From an uncultured Thiomicrospira sp. (GTDB lineage: Bacteria; Pseudomonadota; Gammaproteobacteria; CAKMZV01), in assembly GCA_965195345.1 (NCBI GenBank), contig OZ239628.1, forward strand, positions 160,001-224,000: a stretch of DNA of 64,000 nt, read 5' to 3'. The notes under the pieces are model-generated. The model was not told where the DNA came from and did not search any database. It saw nothing but the letters and a program-made list of their open reading frames with translations. The position numbers were made by a program, and so were the translations under genes. Below are positions 61,720 to 64,000 of this stretch, piece by piece; positions within the stretch are counted from its first letter, which is position 1, and each line of letters starts with the position of its first letter.

Positions 61720-63215
61720 CTTGTTGTTTTCTTTTGCTTCTGATTGCTCCAAAGGCTATACCCCATAGAAAATATACATAGCGAAATTAACAGGGCATTG
61801 AGTGGTCCTAATAAAAAGTAGTCAATCATCCCGTCGGTAGCATTTGCAATAATTGATCCTTGTACAAAATTCGACTCTGCTATCGGTCCCAAAACCAAAC
61901 CCAACACCAAGGGTGCGCTACGCAAACCGACACCTTCGAGAATCCACATTCCTAAGCCCAACCCTAACATAACAATCACGTCGGAATAGGAATGTTGTAC
62001 GCTATATGTTCCAAAAACAGCAAGCACCATTATTGATGGTGCCAGAAAACGCTTGGGGATTTTAATCACTTTCGCCGCAAGCCCACTCAGGGCAATACCA
62101 AAGATCACCATTAGTATTTGACCGACGAGCAATGAATCAATAAACGTCCAAACAACCTCTGGATAATCCATAAATAACGATGGACCAGGAAATATTCCAT
62201 GAATCAACAACCCTCCCAAAAGGACAGCCGCCGTAGGGCTTCCGGGAACGCTTAAAGTAAGCAGAGGAACCAGAGATGGACCGACCATTGAATTGTTTGC
62301 TGCCTCTGCTGCGACAATCCCATCAGGCTCTCCTTTACCAAAATTCTCACGAAACTTTGAAAATTTACGCGCCTGATCCCACGAAACCAGCCCTGCAATT
62401 TGTCCTCCTGCTCCGGGAATTAGCCCGATAAAGACTCCGATAATACTGCCTATGCTTAACGCACGAACTCTTGAAAAACAAAGACGGATAGAGTCCATTA
62501 CGGGTTGCTTCTCGGTAACAAATAAATCTTTTTGCTTCTCTTGAATTGTTTCAGCGAACATTAACAGAATTTGTGGAATAGCAAATAAGCCGATTAATGC
62601 AGGAATAATATGAATGCCTCCTTCCAAGTGCTCACTAAAGACAAATCGCTCAACGCCTTGTATTCCATCGTAACCAATCGTTGAAAGCCATAAACCTAAA
62701 GCCCCTGATGCAAGCCCTTTCATCATCGATGAAGAATCTAACGTCGCAATCACAGTAACACCAAGAATAGCGACCCAAAACAGATGGCTTGGTCCAAAAC
62801 CCAGCGCAAAGTTTGCAAGAACAGGAGTGAAAAAAATCAGCACAAAAACACCAAGAATACCCCCTATAGCTGAGCTAATAAAACATAAGTGCAGCGCCTT
62901 AGTTGCTTCATTTTTTGAAGCCATCGCATGACCGTCAAGCGTTGTTGCTATGTTCGCAGGAGCTCCCGGAATTTTAAGAAGAATGGCGCTAACAGCCCCG
63001 CCAGCGACCGTTGAGGTATAAGCCGCACCAAGTAAAATCAACCCACTGGTTGAGCTCATGTGGAATGTAAATGGAATAAGCAGCGCGACAGTCATTGTTG
63101 GGCTCAGTCCAGGCGTTGCCCCAAGCAAAAGACCGATAACCGTCCCAGCAACCAAAATCATAAAGTTTAACGGTTCAAAAACATTGCCAAAGTAGGTTAA
63201 AAATTCCATATACAA
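61716..63215 (-). CDS. TTT large membrane subunit (TctA)
   Basis: GATPGL, IPGAP...TTLDGH.M, GLIPGAG, EAANNS, L.VPGS, GLVLGP..E. Confidence 0.95.
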   Translation of the reverse strand: MYMEFLTYFGNVFEPLNFMILVAGTVIGLLLGATPGLSPTMTVALLIPFTFHMSSTSGLILLGAAYTSTVAGGAVSAILLKIPGAPANIATTLDGHAMASKNEATKALHLCFISSAIGGILGVFVLIFFTPVLANFALGFGPSHLFWVAILGVTVIATLDSSSMMKGLASGALGLWLSTIGYDGIQGVERFVFSEHLEGGIHIIPALIGLFAIPQILLMFAETIQEKQKDLFVTEKQPVMDSIRLCFSRVRALSIGSIIGVFIGLIPGAGGQIAGLVSWDQARKFSKFRENFGKGEPDGIVAAEAANNSMVGPSLVPLLTLSVPGSPTAAVLLGGLLIHGIFPGPSLFMDYPEVVWTFIDSLLVGQILMVIFGIALSGLAAKVIKIPKRFLAPSIMVLAVFGTYSVQHSYSDVIVMLGLGLGMWILEGVGLRSAPLVLGLVLGPIAESNFVQGSIIANATDGMIDYFLLGPLNALLISLCIFSMGYSLWSNQKQKKTTR

Positions 63216-63474
63216 GTTTTCTAATGTTTGTTTGCTAAAAAATCACACGGGATGAATTTGGATGAAATATAAAAGCTATATTCTATTTATTATGTCAGAA
63301 TAAAATTTTTATGTGTGTTTTTTTAATAAACGATTTCATCTATAACGACATTTATACCACCTATGCTTAGTAAAGCCTCAGATAATGGCATAGTTTCGAC
63401 GCAGTTCCTAATTGTTTTTAAATCGCCTCTCACTCAGAACCGTTCTATGCAAAAAAACCAGCACCTTTACTTTT

Positions 63475-64000
63475 ATGTTTGAAACCATATTAATTATCGT
63501 CTCTCCTGTTTTCGGAGTCATACTCCTTGGCTTTCTATCCGCTCAATTCATGGGTTTTCGTTCCAAAGAAATTCAAATATTAAATCGAGTAAACCTATAC
63601 GTTTTATTACCCCTTTTTATTTTTGTCTCACTACAAGAAAAGCCCATCGAAGTCTCGCAAAACCTACTGCTCATTTTTGCTGGAAGCGCAATATTAATCT
63701 TGCGTGGGGCACTCACAATCCCTGTTCTTAAATGGCTTGGCAATCATCGACTCATCTTGCCACCCATGATGTTTAATAACTCTGGAAATATGGGGCTTCC
63801 TATCCTGTTACTGGCTTTCGGTGAGGACGCTCTCATTGGTGCGGTCTTGTTATTTCTCATAGAGAATACTTTGCATTTTTCACTCGGCCAAGCAATTATG
63901 TCGGGCAAAACAAACTTCAAAACGGCTTTATTAAACCCGATGATTTTGGCCGCCGTCGCTGGAATTATTTTTAACGTCTTCGCCCTGCAGTTACCCGAAT
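63475..64000 (+). CDS. AEC (auxin efflux carrier) family transporter, truncated by the window end
   Basis: Open frame from ATG 63475, absent from the ORF track: PVFGVILLG, LPLFIF, FNNSGNMGLPILLLAFG, NPMI. Confidence 0.88.
   Translation, partial: MFETILIIVSPVFGVILLGFLSAQFMGFRSKEIQILNRVNLYVLLPLFIFVSLQEKPIEVSQNLLLIFAGSAILILRGALTIPVLKWLGNHRLILPPMMFNNSGNMGLPILLLAFGEDALIGAVLLFLIENTLHFSLGQAIMSGKTNFKTALLNPMILAAVAGIIFNVFALQLPE

Noticed and set aside
1-64000. tRNA/rRNA, integrases, transposases, prophage, defence systems, alternative genetic code
   Set aside because: None recognised; conserved genes are full-length under the standard code and use all three stop codons

Overview
About 40% GC chromosomal segment of a gammaproteobacterium, densely coding and mostly housekeeping with strongly reshuffled gene order. 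It carries alaS, clpB, SRP RNA, rplS, gshAB, pncC-recA-recX-dnaE-lptFG, a moxR/Bat operon, pckA, a partial T2SS (gspH-N), ybaB-recR-lysA, acs, rdgB-hemW, lnt and polA. Accessory or metabolic islets are a kexin-like lipoprotease, a soxCD unit with two monohaem cytochromes, a frameshifted SulP pseudogene, a copper locus and a TTT transporter + sauST sulfoacetate cluster. I saw no tRNA, rRNA, CRISPR array or mobile element. The best candidate for an undescribed system is the copper locus: a small exported Cys/His peptide ends in RPP, and its RPP codons can base-pair with the Shine-Dalgarno of the downstream TolC-like/multicopper oxidase operon. This suggests a CutF/CruR-like ribosome-stalling copper sensor, which is an inference. 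All assignments come from motif recognition by eye; no searches were run.
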